A stretch of 52,937 nucleotides of DNA from a virus (IMGVR_UViG_3300044611_001951:1-52937), one strand, 5' to 3'. Shown: positions 10,082 to 20,025, counted from the first letter of the stretch. A program made the numbers and translations. Notes: generated from the letters alone by a model not told the origin.

Positions 10082-10609
10082 TCACTTTCCTCGTGCGATT
10101 CCACGCAGGCCCAAATCCGTGACTGCTTCGTTTCGCTCGCGCAAGGCGTCCTGAGCGGCAGCGCCGCCCATCTCCATCCGGCGCATGATCGTCGGCATCC
10201 GGCGCCGCGCCCACTGGAGGTATGCCTGCATCTTCCGCGCGATCTCGTAGCGCGTGACGATGGCGGCCTTCGCGCGCTTGCTCGCGCCCTCGGCTTCGAG
10301 GTTCGCCGCGAACTCGCGCAGCCCCACGCTCGAGCGCTGGAGGTCGACCTCGCGGAGCTTCTGGATCAGCGGCTCGGCCGTGAACGGCAGCGGCCGGTAG
10401 ACCGGCGCGTTCCACGGGCCGTCGCACCAGAAGAACACATGCGACCAGCGGCCGCTGCGGCGAAGGTGCTCCTGCACCTCCCAGACGGAGCGGCGCGTGT
10501 TGAACACGCAGCGCAGCCGCGAGTCGAAGTCTCGCAGCCCGTCTTGGATGTTCTTGGGGCACGTCGGCACTTCACCGACGCGCCCCACGCTCACAACGGC
10601 GTCGCTCAC
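10082..10609 (-). CDS. Hypothetical protein (175 aa)
   Basis: GTG overlapping the upstream stop (GTGA). Reads LRDFDSRLRCVFN…WEVQE…LREVDL. Confidence 0.7.
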   Translation of the reverse strand: MSDAVVSVGRVGEVPTCPKNIQDGLRDFDSRLRCVFNTRRSVWEVQEHLRRSGRWSHVFFWCDGPWNAPVYRPLPFTAEPLIQKLREVDLQRSSVGLREFAANLEAEGASKRAKAAIVTRYEIARKMQAYLQWARRRMPTIMRRMEMGGAAAQDALRERNEAVTDLGLRGIARGK

Positions 10610-11901
10610 ATGCGCTCCGCGTTTTCGCCGTCCTCGTAGATCAGGCGGGCACGCTCCCACGACGCGCGCGGGCGCAGCACCTCGATCGCCTCGCCGCTGA
10701 CGAAGTTGCCGCCAGTGCCGAGCGCCGCCAACACAACAACGCCCATGCCGGTCGAGTCGGCCGTGAAATCCACGGCGCCGCCGCCGACGGTGCGCTCGAT
10801 CTGAATGTTGTTCGCGTCCACAGCCAGGGCGAAGTAGATCGCAGACGTGGACAGCGCGGTGCCCGAAACGGTCGGGAGCGCCTGCAAGACACTGCCGACG
10901 TTTGCGGGTTGCAGCAAGAGCGGCGTTCCAGCCGCGATGCCGTGATTGGTCAAGCCCACCCGATCGGTGCTGGCCGTGGCCGTGGCCGTGCGCGCCGTCG
11001 CGTCCGCCGCAAGGCGGAAGCTGTTGGCGTCGACTCCGGGCTGCACGTAGTAGTTCGTGTTCAGCGAAAGCCCGGTCGGCAGGCCGTTGTCCAGCGGCCG
11101 CACTCGCACCACGTCGCCCTTGCGCAGCCCGTGCGCGGTGAGGGCTACAGACCGATCCGCGGTCGTGCTCGTGACCGCGCAGGCGCCGAGCGACACGTCG
11201 AAGTTGCGCGCGCGGCCCGGAATGGCCATCCATCCAGCGGCGTTGTCGAACTGGAAGGACGCCTGCGTAGTGCCCTGCACGGCCGCCTCCCCGGTGTCGG
11301 GGAAAAACAGCGCGCGAACCTGACTCGGCAGATTGGGGCGCATCGGCGCCAACATCCGCGACGCCTGCAAGGGCGCCTCGCCGAGCAGCGCGATCCCCGT
11401 GCCGACCCCGATCTGGAGGGCGTTGAGCGTCCCCCAGGTGCCCGTCTTGGTCCCGTGGCTGATGGACGTGATGCGGTCGTAGAAGCGCGAAGTGCGGACG
11501 TGCGAAAGCTGGATGCCGTTCGGCTGCAACAGCGTGCCGATGTTGATGGTCAACGTCTCCACCTGCGGGCTGCCGTTGAGGAAGCCGCTGACCGTAATCG
11601 GGAGCGCGTTGGTCGAGCCGGAAATGTTGGGCGTCGCCTGGACGGCCCCAGGCTTTCCGGTGGGCGACGTGCGGTTGTTCTCCAGAACGATGCTGATTTG
11701 CTGCGGCCACGGCAGCACTTGGCCGCGAGCGACAAAATCAGGGTTCAGCGTCAGATTGCCGTTCGCCGTGTTGCTCGCCAGCGCTTGGAAGAGGCAAATG
11801 TGCTGCGGGTCGCCAGGCGGGCACCAAACGTCCGTCCCGTAGTGGAATTGGCGGCCGAGAAGGCTGGCGGGGTGCAGGTTTTTGAGGCGGATGCCGGACA
11901 T
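10606..11901 (-). CDS. Virion structural/decoration protein with two HG(L/I)..G…LPT…T.YYV…DAN repeats
   Basis: 431 aa directly after the capsid gene. Two internal repeats: AHGLRKGD…LPTGLSLNTNYYV…VDANSF and NHGIAAGT…LPTVSG…IYFALAVDANNI. Confidence 0.7.
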   Translation of the reverse strand: MSGIRLKNLHPASLLGRQFHYGTDVWCPPGDPQHICLFQALASNTANGNLTLNPDFVARGQVLPWPQQISIVLENNRTSPTGKPGAVQATPNISGSTNALPITVSGFLNGSPQVETLTINIGTLLQPNGIQLSHVRTSRFYDRITSISHGTKTGTWGTLNALQIGVGTGIALLGEAPLQASRMLAPMRPNLPSQVRALFFPDTGEAAVQGTTQASFQFDNAAGWMAIPGRARNFDVSLGACAVTSTTADRSVALTAHGLRKGDVVRVRPLDNGLPTGLSLNTNYYVQPGVDANSFRLAADATARTATATASTDRVGLTNHGIAAGTPLLLQPANVGSVLQALPTVSGTALSTSAIYFALAVDANNIQIERTVGGGAVDFTADSTGMGVVVLAALGTGGNFVSGEAIEVLRPRASWERARLIYEDGENAERM

Positions 11902-11938
11902 GACTGCTCTCTTGGGCCGGATGCCACTCGGCTACTCT

Positions 11939-11986
11939 CGCGGGGCTTGGATGGGCGTGCCGGTTGCCCCGCGGCTCCGGCACGCC
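11939..11986 (-). ncRNA. Predicted H-type RNA pseudoknot downstream of the capsid gene
   Basis: Stem 1 GGCGUGCCGG/CCGGCACGCC (10 bp). Loop CGCGGGGC pairs with downstream GCCCCGCG (8 bp). Linker CAUCCAA. Confidence 0.6.
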
Positions 11987-12013
11987 TTCGTCTCACTCAG
12001 GCGACGAGAGCGA

Positions 12014-13528
12014 TCAGCTCTCCTCGATGTCCATGATTCGGACGCCGCAACGATCGCGGACGCCCACGCCCAGCGTGCACTCTTCGACCGTGCGCGCCTG
12101 GTAGCGGTCCATGTCCTGGAGGTACTGCCAGATGTTGGCGCCCTGCTCCGAAGCCCACGAGAGCGGCTCCGTGACCCAGTTCTGGAACCCGCCCTGCTCG
12201 AGCGACAACCCGTGGATGTTGTTCTTCGGGTGCAGGCGGTCGACCAGCCACGGGATGCCGCCGGGGCCGACCATCGTGCGGTCCCAGCCACCGGGCAGGT
12301 TCACCGTGTTCACGAAGCGCTTCTCGCCCGTGAGCTGCGCGCTGTACACGCGCTTCGGTGCGTAGCTCGAGAGCCACACCTGGATCTCGGCGCTGTTGCG
12401 CTCCTCCACCTCGTCGATGATCTGCATGAGCAGGTTCTCGGTCGGGGTGCGCAGCGAGCCGCTGTTGTGGTTGACGACGCCCTGGTTGAAGGCGAGCTCG
12501 CTGTTCCAGCCGGCCGCGGCCGACGTGCACGCGAGGCCCTGGAAGTAGTTGCCGGTCGTGCTGGTGCGGTCGTCGGTGCCGCCCCACTGCCACGCGCCGT
12601 TGTCCGTGCCTTCGATGCCGCCGCCGGCGAAGTCAGCGCCGACTTCCGCAGCGCGGCCGTTGCCGTCGAGCGGGCCGCCGTAGCCGAGGATGCCCAAGAG
12701 GCCCTGCGGCTCGGCGCGGAACGCCGAGTTCTGGACCATCTGCGCGTTGCTCGAGTTGTCGGTCGAGCCGGTCTTGACGACCCAATCGCCGATCACGATG
12801 GTCGAGAGATCGGTGACGCCGGACGCGCCCGCCAGGAACTCAAACGTGGCCTGCGAGGAGTCGTCGACCGACGTGATGTTGCAGATCGCCTTGGGCACGC
12901 CAGCGCCCGTCAGGACGAGCACGCGCATACCCGCGGTGAGCCACTTGGTCGGCGCTTCGTTCGCCATGCCGGTTGCGCTGGCGCCAGGCGCGTTCAGGCC
13001 CGTGCCGATGTCCTGGTTGATGCGCAGCGTGAACTGCTGCGAGCCCGCGGCCGATCCGGCCTCGGCGATCTCGCACAGGCGGCCCGAGCCGTCGCTGTAG
13101 AGCATCCGCGCGCGGTCGAGCTCGTAGTCGTCGAGGAACTGCTGGATCTCCAGCGCCATCGGCTCGACGTCGCCCGCGCCGTTCGACATGGCGCGCACGA
13201 GCTTGCCGTCGAGGATGAAGCGGCCGAACTGCTGGCGCGAGCGGTAGGCGTACCACGCCATGCGCCGCTGGCCCGGATCGGGGAACTTGCCGTTGTCGCC
13301 GACCGCGTTGAACGCGCGCGGGTTGCGACCGTACATCGCGCGTTCGCGGACGTGGCGGCCCCCGACGTACTTCGTGTTCTCGGGGATCAGGGAGAGGATG
13401 CGCGCGTTGTTGTTGCGCGTGTCGTGCAGCACGTTGCTCACGAAGTCGTGAGTCAGGTAGTGCAGGAACGGGAATTGGCTCGAGGACGAGCCGAAGCCCA
13501 AGCCCAGGTTTGCGTCGGTGGCTGCCAT
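12014..13528 (-). CDS. Major capsid protein (HK97-fold, with insertion domain)
   Basis: 504 aa following portal and scaffold. Segments G.F.LDG…A…E…RMLYSDGSG, EPQGLLGI and GIPWLVDR..P match my recollection of podoviral capsid proteins. Confidence 0.85.
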   Translation of the reverse strand: MAATDANLGLGFGSSSSQFPFLHYLTHDFVSNVLHDTRNNNARILSLIPENTKYVGGRHVRERAMYGRNPRAFNAVGDNGKFPDPGQRRMAWYAYRSRQQFGRFILDGKLVRAMSNGAGDVEPMALEIQQFLDDYELDRARMLYSDGSGRLCEIAEAGSAAGSQQFTLRINQDIGTGLNAPGASATGMANEAPTKWLTAGMRVLVLTGAGVPKAICNITSVDDSSQATFEFLAGASGVTDLSTIVIGDWVVKTGSTDNSSNAQMVQNSAFRAEPQGLLGILGYGGPLDGNGRAAEVGADFAGGGIEGTDNGAWQWGGTDDRTSTTGNYFQGLACTSAAAGWNSELAFNQGVVNHNSGSLRTPTENLLMQIIDEVEERNSAEIQVWLSSYAPKRVYSAQLTGEKRFVNTVNLPGGWDRTMVGPGGIPWLVDRLHPKNNIHGLSLEQGGFQNWVTEPLSWASEQGANIWQYLQDMDRYQARTVEECTLGVGVRDRCGVRIMDIEES

Positions 13529-13577
13529 GTGAGTTGAAGGTGGTTGGGGCAGCCACCGACGTTAGACCGGGGGCCGC

Positions 13578-14576
13578 CTAGACGGATTGATTCGTGCCGT
13601 TCAGCGCTTGGCGGAACGACGACATGAGGCCGCGGAGACCTTGCACCGCCGACCCGTCTTTGAGCGCCTTGCGCGTCGCGTACTTCGGGTCCAGGCGCGG
13701 GATCTGCGGAGCCCCGCTCGGCGTACGAGGCACGGCAGCATCAGCGCGCGATTGACGCGCCTTGCGCTCGACCTCCAGGTGACCCTCGACCAGCCGCTTC
13801 ACTTGTGCGGCGATGATCGGCGCGGCGTCCTCGGGGGTCTCGAACTCGCCAGCGGCGAGAGACGACTCCAGGAGCCTGCGGGCCACGTCCCCAGCTTCGG
13901 GGTTTTCGTTCAGGTACGCCTGGGAGGACAGTGCGCGCTCGACCCTCGTGTGACGGTCCCTCTGGTGGAGGGCCTGCTCGGTCTGGTTGTACCGGGCTTC
14001 GAGGGCGGCGATGCGCCGCTCCCATTCCGTCGGGATTTGAGCCTGCCGCGCCTGCGGCGTCAAGGGCTCATCCAGAGGATCGCCTGCGGGCTCTTCGCGC
14101 CGCGCGGGCTGGACGCCTCGCATCACGTCGAGCGCAGCCTGGAAGCGCTCCGGGTGCGTCTGGCGCAAAAGCTCCAGGTCGCGCACCACGGCGAGGCGCG
14201 CTTCGTTGTCGCGCTGCTCACGCTCGACCTGCTGGCGACGCTCCTCGAGCTTGTCGGCCGCGAGGCCCTTCTGCGCAAACTTCACCAGGTCGTCGTGCGA
14301 GAGCTCGATGTCCTGGTGACGGAACCGCACCTTGGCCTTCGGCGGAAGCGTAGGCGCGGGCGCAGCCGGGGCCGCCGGCTGTTCGGGCGCGGCCGGCTCG
14401 CCGCCTTGCTCCGGCGCCTGCGGGGCCATGCGGTTCAGGATGCTGTTCGGGCGCAGCGTCGGCGCGGCCGCGGGCTGCTCGCCGCCACCGCGACGGATGG
14501 CGTTCAGCACGTCGAACTGCGCTTGCGGCGCGGACGGTTGCCCGTTGGTGGGCTTGATGATCTGGTTCTCGGACAT
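13578..14576 (-). CDS. Capsid scaffolding protein
   Basis: Pro/Ala/Gln-rich N-terminus, KVRF….IELSHDDLVKFAQKG motif, coiled coils, directly upstream of the capsid gene. Confidence 0.75.
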   Translation of the reverse strand: MSENQIIKPTNGQPSAPQAQFDVLNAIRRGGGEQPAAAPTLRPNSILNRMAPQAPEQGGEPAAPEQPAAPAAPAPTLPPKAKVRFRHQDIELSHDDLVKFAQKGLAADKLEERRQQVEREQRDNEARLAVVRDLELLRQTHPERFQAALDVMRGVQPARREEPAGDPLDEPLTPQARQAQIPTEWERRIAALEARYNQTEQALHQRDRHTRVERALSSQAYLNENPEAGDVARRLLESSLAAGEFETPEDAAPIIAAQVKRLVEGHLEVERKARQSRADAAVPRTPSGAPQIPRLDPKYATRKALKDGSAVQGLRGLMSSFRQALNGTNQSV

Positions 14577-14579
14577 GGC

Positions 14580-15170
14580 TCAGACGACCTCCTCACCGAC
14601 AGACTCGTTGATCTCACCGGCACGACGCTCGAACTCCTCGCGGGAGCACGAGCCGAGCACGTACTCGCGTTTGACCATCACGTAGAACGTGACGTTTCCC
14701 TCGACATCCCGCTTGGGCGTCAGGTGCGGCGCCCACGGGCGCGAGTCCCCGGACAGCAAGCACTCTTGGCAGGGGATGTGATCCCGCGTCCAAATGTGCG
14801 TCGTCTCCGGCTTGACCAGCGAGAACCACTGATCGGGCCGAATCGCCCCCTCGTAGGGGCCGGTCAGGTAGGCCGCGTGGTGCTCGCGGTTCCGCGGGCA
14901 GTAGAGGAAGTGGATGTTCTCCTCCGCGTCGCGCTGGCGCTCCTCCTTGGCGCGCTGGGCGTCGCGCTCGCGCTTCTTCACGAGAAGCTCGGCGGCGCGG
15001 CCGTACAGCGGCTTGCGCGGGGCCTTGGTGGGTGCAGGCGCTTCCTGCGGGGCGGGTTCAGGCGTGCCCGGTTGGGGCGTCGCCTCGGCCTGCGGCTCCG
15101 TCGTCTGCGGCGTGGTGGCCGCCTGTGCGACGGAAGCCGCGAGGGCCTCCTTGTTGATGGTCTTAGCCAC
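14580..15170 (-). CDS. Hypothetical protein with putative Zn ligands
   Basis: Low-complexity N-terminus, then CPRNREH and CQEC. Start overlaps the portal stop region. Confidence 0.65.
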   Translation of the reverse strand: MAKTINKEALAASVAQAATTPQTTEPQAEATPQPGTPEPAPQEAPAPTKAPRKPLYGRAAELLVKKRERDAQRAKEERQRDAEENIHFLYCPRNREHHAAYLTGPYEGAIRPDQWFSLVKPETTHIWTRDHIPCQECLLSGDSRPWAPHLTPKRDVEGNVTFYVMVKREYVLGSCSREEFERRAGEINESVGEEVV

Positions 15171-17298
15171 GGGTGGCTCCTTGGGATGCCTTCGGTTTCG
15201 GCTTCGAGGGTTGGCCCTTGTTGGCCCTCCCCCCCGGCTGGGTCATCTGCTGCAACTGGAGTTGCTGCAACATGGCCTGCTGGAGTTTCTGCTGGTGCTC
15301 CTGGTAGTGCTGGATCACCAGCTGGCGCGCGATCGGATCGAGCCGGCGGAACTCGTCGGTGCGCATCCGCCGCGACATGACGCGCATGTGCGCATCGTCG
15401 TCGTCGAACGGGTTGGTCTTGTAGTCGAGCATCGGCTCGCCAAGCTGGCTCTGCACGACGAACTTGAGCGGGTCGGCGACCATCTCGTCCCACTCGCGTT
15501 CCTGGTTCTCCTCTTCGACGAGGCGCTGCGCGAGCACGTCCTCGGCGCCGCCGTAGGCCAGCGTCTTGAGCACGCTGAGCTTGTCCTCGGGGTTGTTGAT
15601 CGGGTCGAGCACGCCCGCCTGCACGTACTCGAGGATGCGCGCCCGCTCGACGCTCCGGCTCTGGAAGAAGTCGGGCTCGCCGACGATTCGAATGTCCTCG
15701 CGGATGTCCGCGGCCTCGAAGCGCTGCACGCGGTAGGCGTTGTCGGCGCCCACGTAGGTCATCGTGCGCTGCGTCGTGTAGAACTTCCGCGCCGTGGCGA
15801 GCATGATGCGCCCGCCGAGCAGCGTCGCCCGCAAAGCGCTGCGCGCCGCCGGCGTGAGCGCCTTGTTCTTCTCCTCGATCATCGCGTCGAGGCCGGGCCG
15901 CGAGCGGATCTGCCCCGGCAGCTTGCTCATATCGGGGTCGGCCTGGCTCGAGATCATCTGCATCTCGGCGAGCGCGCGGTTCGCCCCGTCGGCGAGCTCC
16001 TTGGGGATCATCGGCACCGGGCCGGGCATCATCGGCTTGCCGCCGGTTGCGAGCAGGTCGCACTCGTACACGACGCCGGGCTCGATGGCGAGCTGACCCT
16101 TGGGCAGCCCCGAGCGCTTGTCGACGAACATCGGCGGCGTCGAGTGGACGTTGGCGACTTCGGTTTGCTTGCCGCGCGCGTTGTTGTACTGGAACTGCGG
16201 ATTGCGCAGGTCGTCGATGAGCGGGTGCCCCATGAACGAGCCCGGCTTCTTCTGCCAGTCGACCTTGATGAAGGGCAGCGGGTACTTCGTCGCCTGCATC
16301 GGGTTGTCGCGGTTCACCAGCACGGTGTCGCCCGCGATCACGATGTAGCGGCCTTTCCAGTTGTTGCGCCGCATCGGGCGCTCGAAGAAGCGCGTGAGCA
16401 CCGTGCGATGGCGGTTCTTGTCGCGCGGCTGCATGTTCGCGTGCGGCGTGTTCGCGCCGCCCTGCATGAACGAGAGCAGCTCGTCCCACCACAGCGACGT
16501 GGTGCGCGGCTCCGCGGGCTTGATGTCCTTGACCGCGGCGAACCCGTAGGTGTCCTCGAGCGTCGAGAGGTCGACCATCTCGTTCGTGCCGCACCACGAG
16601 CAGGAGTCGTCCTGGAAGTCCGTGCGGGAAGTCCAGTCCCAATGCACGCGCAGCGGCGAGTGAACGCGCGCCGTCACTTCGCCCGGCGGGATGTCCTCGA
16701 AGCGCCCCTCGTCCTCGGCGACGCGTTGCTGGTCGGGCGTCAGGCCCACCACGGTCTCGCCGTTGTCGCCCAGGTAGAAGCGATCCGGCGAGCCCGCCTC
16801 CGGGTTCCAGCCGATCTCGATGAAACCAGAGCCGCACGCGGCCGCCCAGGTGAGCGCTTCCTCGAGAAGCTCGCTCCAGTTGACCACGTTGTCGCGCAGG
16901 TGCTCGAACAGCTTTTCGCTGACGAAAGCCTTGTCGCGCTCGGCCTTGGTGTGGTCCCTGGTCGGCGCCCGGAACACCGACGAACTGGCGAGCACGGTGC
17001 TGATCGCGCGCGTGACCAGCGTGCGCACGAAGTTGGCCCGGTACAGAACCTTGTGCGGCGGAAGCTGCGGCGTGCGGAACGCGATTCCGTCGTCGACGAA
17101 GTGCTGGTTCCCGTTGAGGAACGCGAGGTTTTTCACCCACTCGCGTTCCATCGGGTTGCGGTGCTGATCGTTCAGCTTCGGGCTGATCCGAGAGCGCACG
17201 TACTGCATGGCGTCGCTCTTGGTGAGCTTGCCGCGCGGTACGACCAGCGAGGGGCCGGATCCTTGCGTCTGGGAGTTGCGCGAGAGCTGAAACTGCAT
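15163..17298 (-). CDS. Portal protein (P22-like)
   Basis: 711 aa after TerL. W..NLAFLNGNQ, CGSGFIEIGW, YPLPF, GHPLIDDLRNPQ.QYN and a Gln-rich C-terminal helix. Confidence 0.9.
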   Translation of the reverse strand: MQFQLSRNSQTQGSGPSLVVPRGKLTKSDAMQYVRSRISPKLNDQHRNPMEREWVKNLAFLNGNQHFVDDGIAFRTPQLPPHKVLYRANFVRTLVTRAISTVLASSSVFRAPTRDHTKAERDKAFVSEKLFEHLRDNVVNWSELLEEALTWAAACGSGFIEIGWNPEAGSPDRFYLGDNGETVVGLTPDQQRVAEDEGRFEDIPPGEVTARVHSPLRVHWDWTSRTDFQDDSCSWCGTNEMVDLSTLEDTYGFAAVKDIKPAEPRTTSLWWDELLSFMQGGANTPHANMQPRDKNRHRTVLTRFFERPMRRNNWKGRYIVIAGDTVLVNRDNPMQATKYPLPFIKVDWQKKPGSFMGHPLIDDLRNPQFQYNNARGKQTEVANVHSTPPMFVDKRSGLPKGQLAIEPGVVYECDLLATGGKPMMPGPVPMIPKELADGANRALAEMQMISSQADPDMSKLPGQIRSRPGLDAMIEEKNKALTPAARSALRATLLGGRIMLATARKFYTTQRTMTYVGADNAYRVQRFEAADIREDIRIVGEPDFFQSRSVERARILEYVQAGVLDPINNPEDKLSVLKTLAYGGAEDVLAQRLVEEENQEREWDEMVADPLKFVVQSQLGEPMLDYKTNPFDDDDAHMRVMSRRMRTDEFRRLDPIARQLVIQHYQEHQQKLQQAMLQQLQLQQMTQPGGRANKGQPSKPKPKASQGATRG

Positions 17299-17310
17299 GG
17301 CGGCCTCGGG

Positions 17311-17628
17311 TCAGGTCTGGAGGTTGTTCGGCAGGTCGTAGCCGTCCGCATCCTGCTGGTACGTCGGCTGCATCGGAATCCGCGTGAACTGCGGTTGCGC
17401 GGGCTCCTGCGGCTGACCCATCGTAGCAACGAGGGGCGCCTGCGCTCGGATCGCGGGATCGGCGGCGCCGGAGAGGTGCGTCACCACGAGCAGCTTCTCC
17501 ATGTCGGCCTGGCGCCGCATGGCTTCGCGCGCCATGCGCGCCGTGCTCGAGATCGAGTAGATCGCGGCCGCCAGCGCGAGCACCACGACCACCAGGGCGA
17601 ACCAGTCCATCGTTCCGTTCATCGTCAC
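17311..17628 (-). CDS. Small membrane protein between TerL and portal
   Basis: N-terminal TM helix WFALVVVVLALAAAIYSI. Start overlaps the TerL stop. Confidence 0.65.
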   Translation of the reverse strand: MTMNGTMDWFALVVVVLALAAAIYSISSTARMAREAMRRQADMEKLLVVTHLSGAADPAIRAQAPLVATMGQPQEPAQPQFTRIPMQPTYQQDADGYDLPNNLQT

Positions 17629-19592
17629 AGTCCTTGCCCGTTCGGGGCGGTGTCCCAGCGCCGTTTGGTGTTGAGCCCGTCGTCGCCGCGGCGCTCGTTG
17701 CGGCGACGCCAGAAATCCTCATCGGAGCCAGTCGGCGGAAGCCGATCGGGCTCCTCGTGCGTGGCCTGTTCCGCGGCCGTCAGCTCGAGCAGCTTGAGCG
17801 CGATGCCGTAGGCCATGATGCAGTCGTTCCTGCACTTGCGGTCGATCTTCTCCTTCTCGTCGAGCTGCGCGTCGAGGCACTCCTGGAGCAGTCGCTTCGA
17901 GGGCGTGTCCGCGTCGGGGTTGGCGAGCGCGATCGCCACGCGGTCGATCACGAGGGCCTTCCCGCTCGTGCTCATGATCCAGCCCTTGCGCGGCACGAAC
18001 TTGCCTTCGCGGTCCTCCCAGCGCTGTTGCACGAACAGGCGTTCGCAGCCCGCGGCCTCGGCGGCTTCGTACACGGCGAGCCCGTGCTGCGAGGGATGCG
18101 TCTCGACTGCGACGGTGGCGCGGTACAGATCACTGAGCAGCTTCACCGTGCGGCCGAACAGGTGCGGAGGCTCCCATCCGTACCACTCCGCGACCACAGC
18201 CTCGGTCTTGCAGTCGATCACGCACGCGACGCACGGGTCGCCGCCGCGCACGCCCGCCGCGGTGTCCACGCCGATCACGTAGTTGCGCCCGGCCGCCGGC
18301 CAGCGCCACACGCTCACCTCGCCGTGGCGGTCCTCGAGGATGCGCGGCTCGCCGGCGTCGTCCACGATGCGCCCCACCTGGATCGGCGGGCGAACGTGCG
18401 CGGTCATTTTGTGCTGGACGTGCTCGAGGTTGAACGCGCTGCGCCCCGACGCGAGCAGCGCCTCCTCGGGGAACGCCGGGCACTGTTCATGGAACGTCTG
18501 GATGTTCCCGTTGCACTTCTCCGCGATGTAGTAGCGGCGCCATGCCAGTTGGTCGTAGTCGACGTTCTTCGGCGGCGCCCCGCGGATGTGCACGCGCTGC
18601 GCGAGCAGGATGCGCTCCTCCGGCGTCAGCGTGCGCTCGATGCGCGCGCGGATGTCGCTCGGCAGCGCGCTCGGGTTCGAGCCGATCTTCGTCCAGCGAT
18701 ACTCCTCGTGGAGAAACCACGGGATGAACATGGCGGCCCAGCCGATGCCGTAGTCGACGCCCGAACCGTCCTCGCGCCGCAGGTCGTCGGGCATCGCCAA
18801 GCCCTGCTGCTTGTACCAAGCGCGCCGGAACTTGTCGGCGAAGTAGCCCGTGTTCCCCTTGGCCTGGGAAACGTCGATGGCGAGCGACTCGGGGACCTCG
18901 GGCAGCGCGAGCTCGATGCCCTTGCCCTTTTCCTCGGCGTCCGGCCACTTCGAGGTTTCCTCCATGTCGACGTAGAGGTTCGTCTCGCCGAAGCCTGGGT
19001 TCGGCGTGTTCGCGCTCACGACCTGGATGCGCGAGTTGAACGGCGGCCCCATGACGATCATGTCGCGGTTCGACTTGTCCGGCGTGAGGCTCCACGACGC
19101 GCCGCTCGACATCCGCAGCCGGGTGAACATCAGCTTCACGCGGCCGAGCAGCGTCTCGCACAGCTCCTCGCGGTCCGTGACCACGCGGAGGTTCAAGTTC
19201 GCCATCGTGAGCATCGCGTGCAGGAACACGGCCAGCGTGTAGGTGCTGATCCCGTTCTGGCGCACCTTGAGGATCACGACGCGCCGCGGGGCGCCGCGCC
19301 GCTCTTGCCTGAGCAGGATGGCCTCGAGGTTGCGCTGCGACTGGTTGTAGACGAACGGAATCGGGCGGGCCTTCTTGTCGACGATCACCACCAGGCGCTC
19401 GATCCACTCGCGGCGCGACATCCGCCACTGGTTGCCCCGCCGGTCGCCGAACACGCCGCGCTCGCGGTTGTAGAGCAGGAAGAAGTGATTGAGCCGCTGT
19501 TGCTCCGGCGAATCGCCGGCCGCCTCGTAGGCGCGGCGCTTGGCGTCCGTGAGCAGCGCCAGCAGGCGCGGATCGTCCTCGCGGAACCGCAC
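17625..19592 (-). CDS. terL: Terminase large subunit
   Basis: PFVYNQSQ, Walker A-like ILKVRQNGIST, FIPWF, RNase H-like nuclease YVIGVDTAAG…D…NDCIMA. GTG start 1 nt after the upstream stop. Confidence 0.93.
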   Translation of the reverse strand: MRFREDDPRLLALLTDAKRRAYEAAGDSPEQQRLNHFFLLYNRERGVFGDRRGNQWRMSRREWIERLVVIVDKKARPIPFVYNQSQRNLEAILLRQERRGAPRRVVILKVRQNGISTYTLAVFLHAMLTMANLNLRVVTDREELCETLLGRVKLMFTRLRMSSGASWSLTPDKSNRDMIVMGPPFNSRIQVVSANTPNPGFGETNLYVDMEETSKWPDAEEKGKGIELALPEVPESLAIDVSQAKGNTGYFADKFRRAWYKQQGLAMPDDLRREDGSGVDYGIGWAAMFIPWFLHEEYRWTKIGSNPSALPSDIRARIERTLTPEERILLAQRVHIRGAPPKNVDYDQLAWRRYYIAEKCNGNIQTFHEQCPAFPEEALLASGRSAFNLEHVQHKMTAHVRPPIQVGRIVDDAGEPRILEDRHGEVSVWRWPAAGRNYVIGVDTAAGVRGGDPCVACVIDCKTEAVVAEWYGWEPPHLFGRTVKLLSDLYRATVAVETHPSQHGLAVYEAAEAAGCERLFVQQRWEDREGKFVPRKGWIMSTSGKALVIDRVAIALANPDADTPSKRLLQECLDAQLDEKEKIDRKCRNDCIMAYGIALKLLELTAAEQATHEEPDRLPPTGSDEDFWRRRNERRGDDGLNTKRRWDTAPNGQGL

Positions 19593-19593
19593 G

Positions 19594-19989
19594 TCAGACG
19601 GACGCCTTTCGCGTGAGCTTGAGCCGGTTGATGAGGCTCGCCACCGCCCAGGGCTCGATCTCGAGCGCCCGCGCGATCTGCACATGGCTCATGCCCACGT
19701 CGAGCAGCGCCCGCAGCTTCTTCGCCTCGAGCTGCGCCAGGTCGCGCAGGTTCCGGTTCTTGCGGCGGAACGTCTTGTTCCGGTTCCACTGGAATTGGCA
19801 CGCCGGGCACACGCGCACGCGCCGCCCCTCGGGGCCGCCGTCGACGACGAACTTGCCCATGCCGGGATACTCGCCGCACACGAACACGGTCGTTCTCACG
19901 ACCCGCCCCGACGGGTATCGGTACTCCCACGGAGCCCCGCACGCCTCGCACGTCGACGGGACTTCGGCGTCCGGTTTTCGCTTTGCCAT
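19594..19989 (-). CDS. Zn-ribbon plus C-terminal HTH protein (regulator or terminase small subunit)
   Basis: CEAC…CPAC and GMSHVQIARALEIEPWAV HTH. First gene of the late operon, directly upstream of terL. Confidence 0.65.
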   Translation of the reverse strand: MAKRKPDAEVPSTCEACGAPWEYRYPSGRVVRTTVFVCGEYPGMGKFVVDGGPEGRRVRVCPACQFQWNRNKTFRRKNRNLRDLAQLEAKKLRALLDVGMSHVQIARALEIEPWAVASLINRLKLTRKASV

Positions 19990-19995
19990 GCGCGG

Positions 19996-20025
19996 AGCAT
20001 AGAGCCCACGTATCTCTCTGCGCAA
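19996..20025 (-). promoter_or_regulatory. Putative sigma70-type promoter, probably leaderless, for the virion operon
   Basis: TTGCGC-N18-TATGCT, 6 nt before ATG 19989, with no SD. Confidence 0.5.

Noticed and set aside
11985-12010. Hammerhead-like CUGAGUGA…GAA after the capsid stop
   Set aside because: Lacks a proper CUGANGA/GAAA core and the three-stem arrangement.
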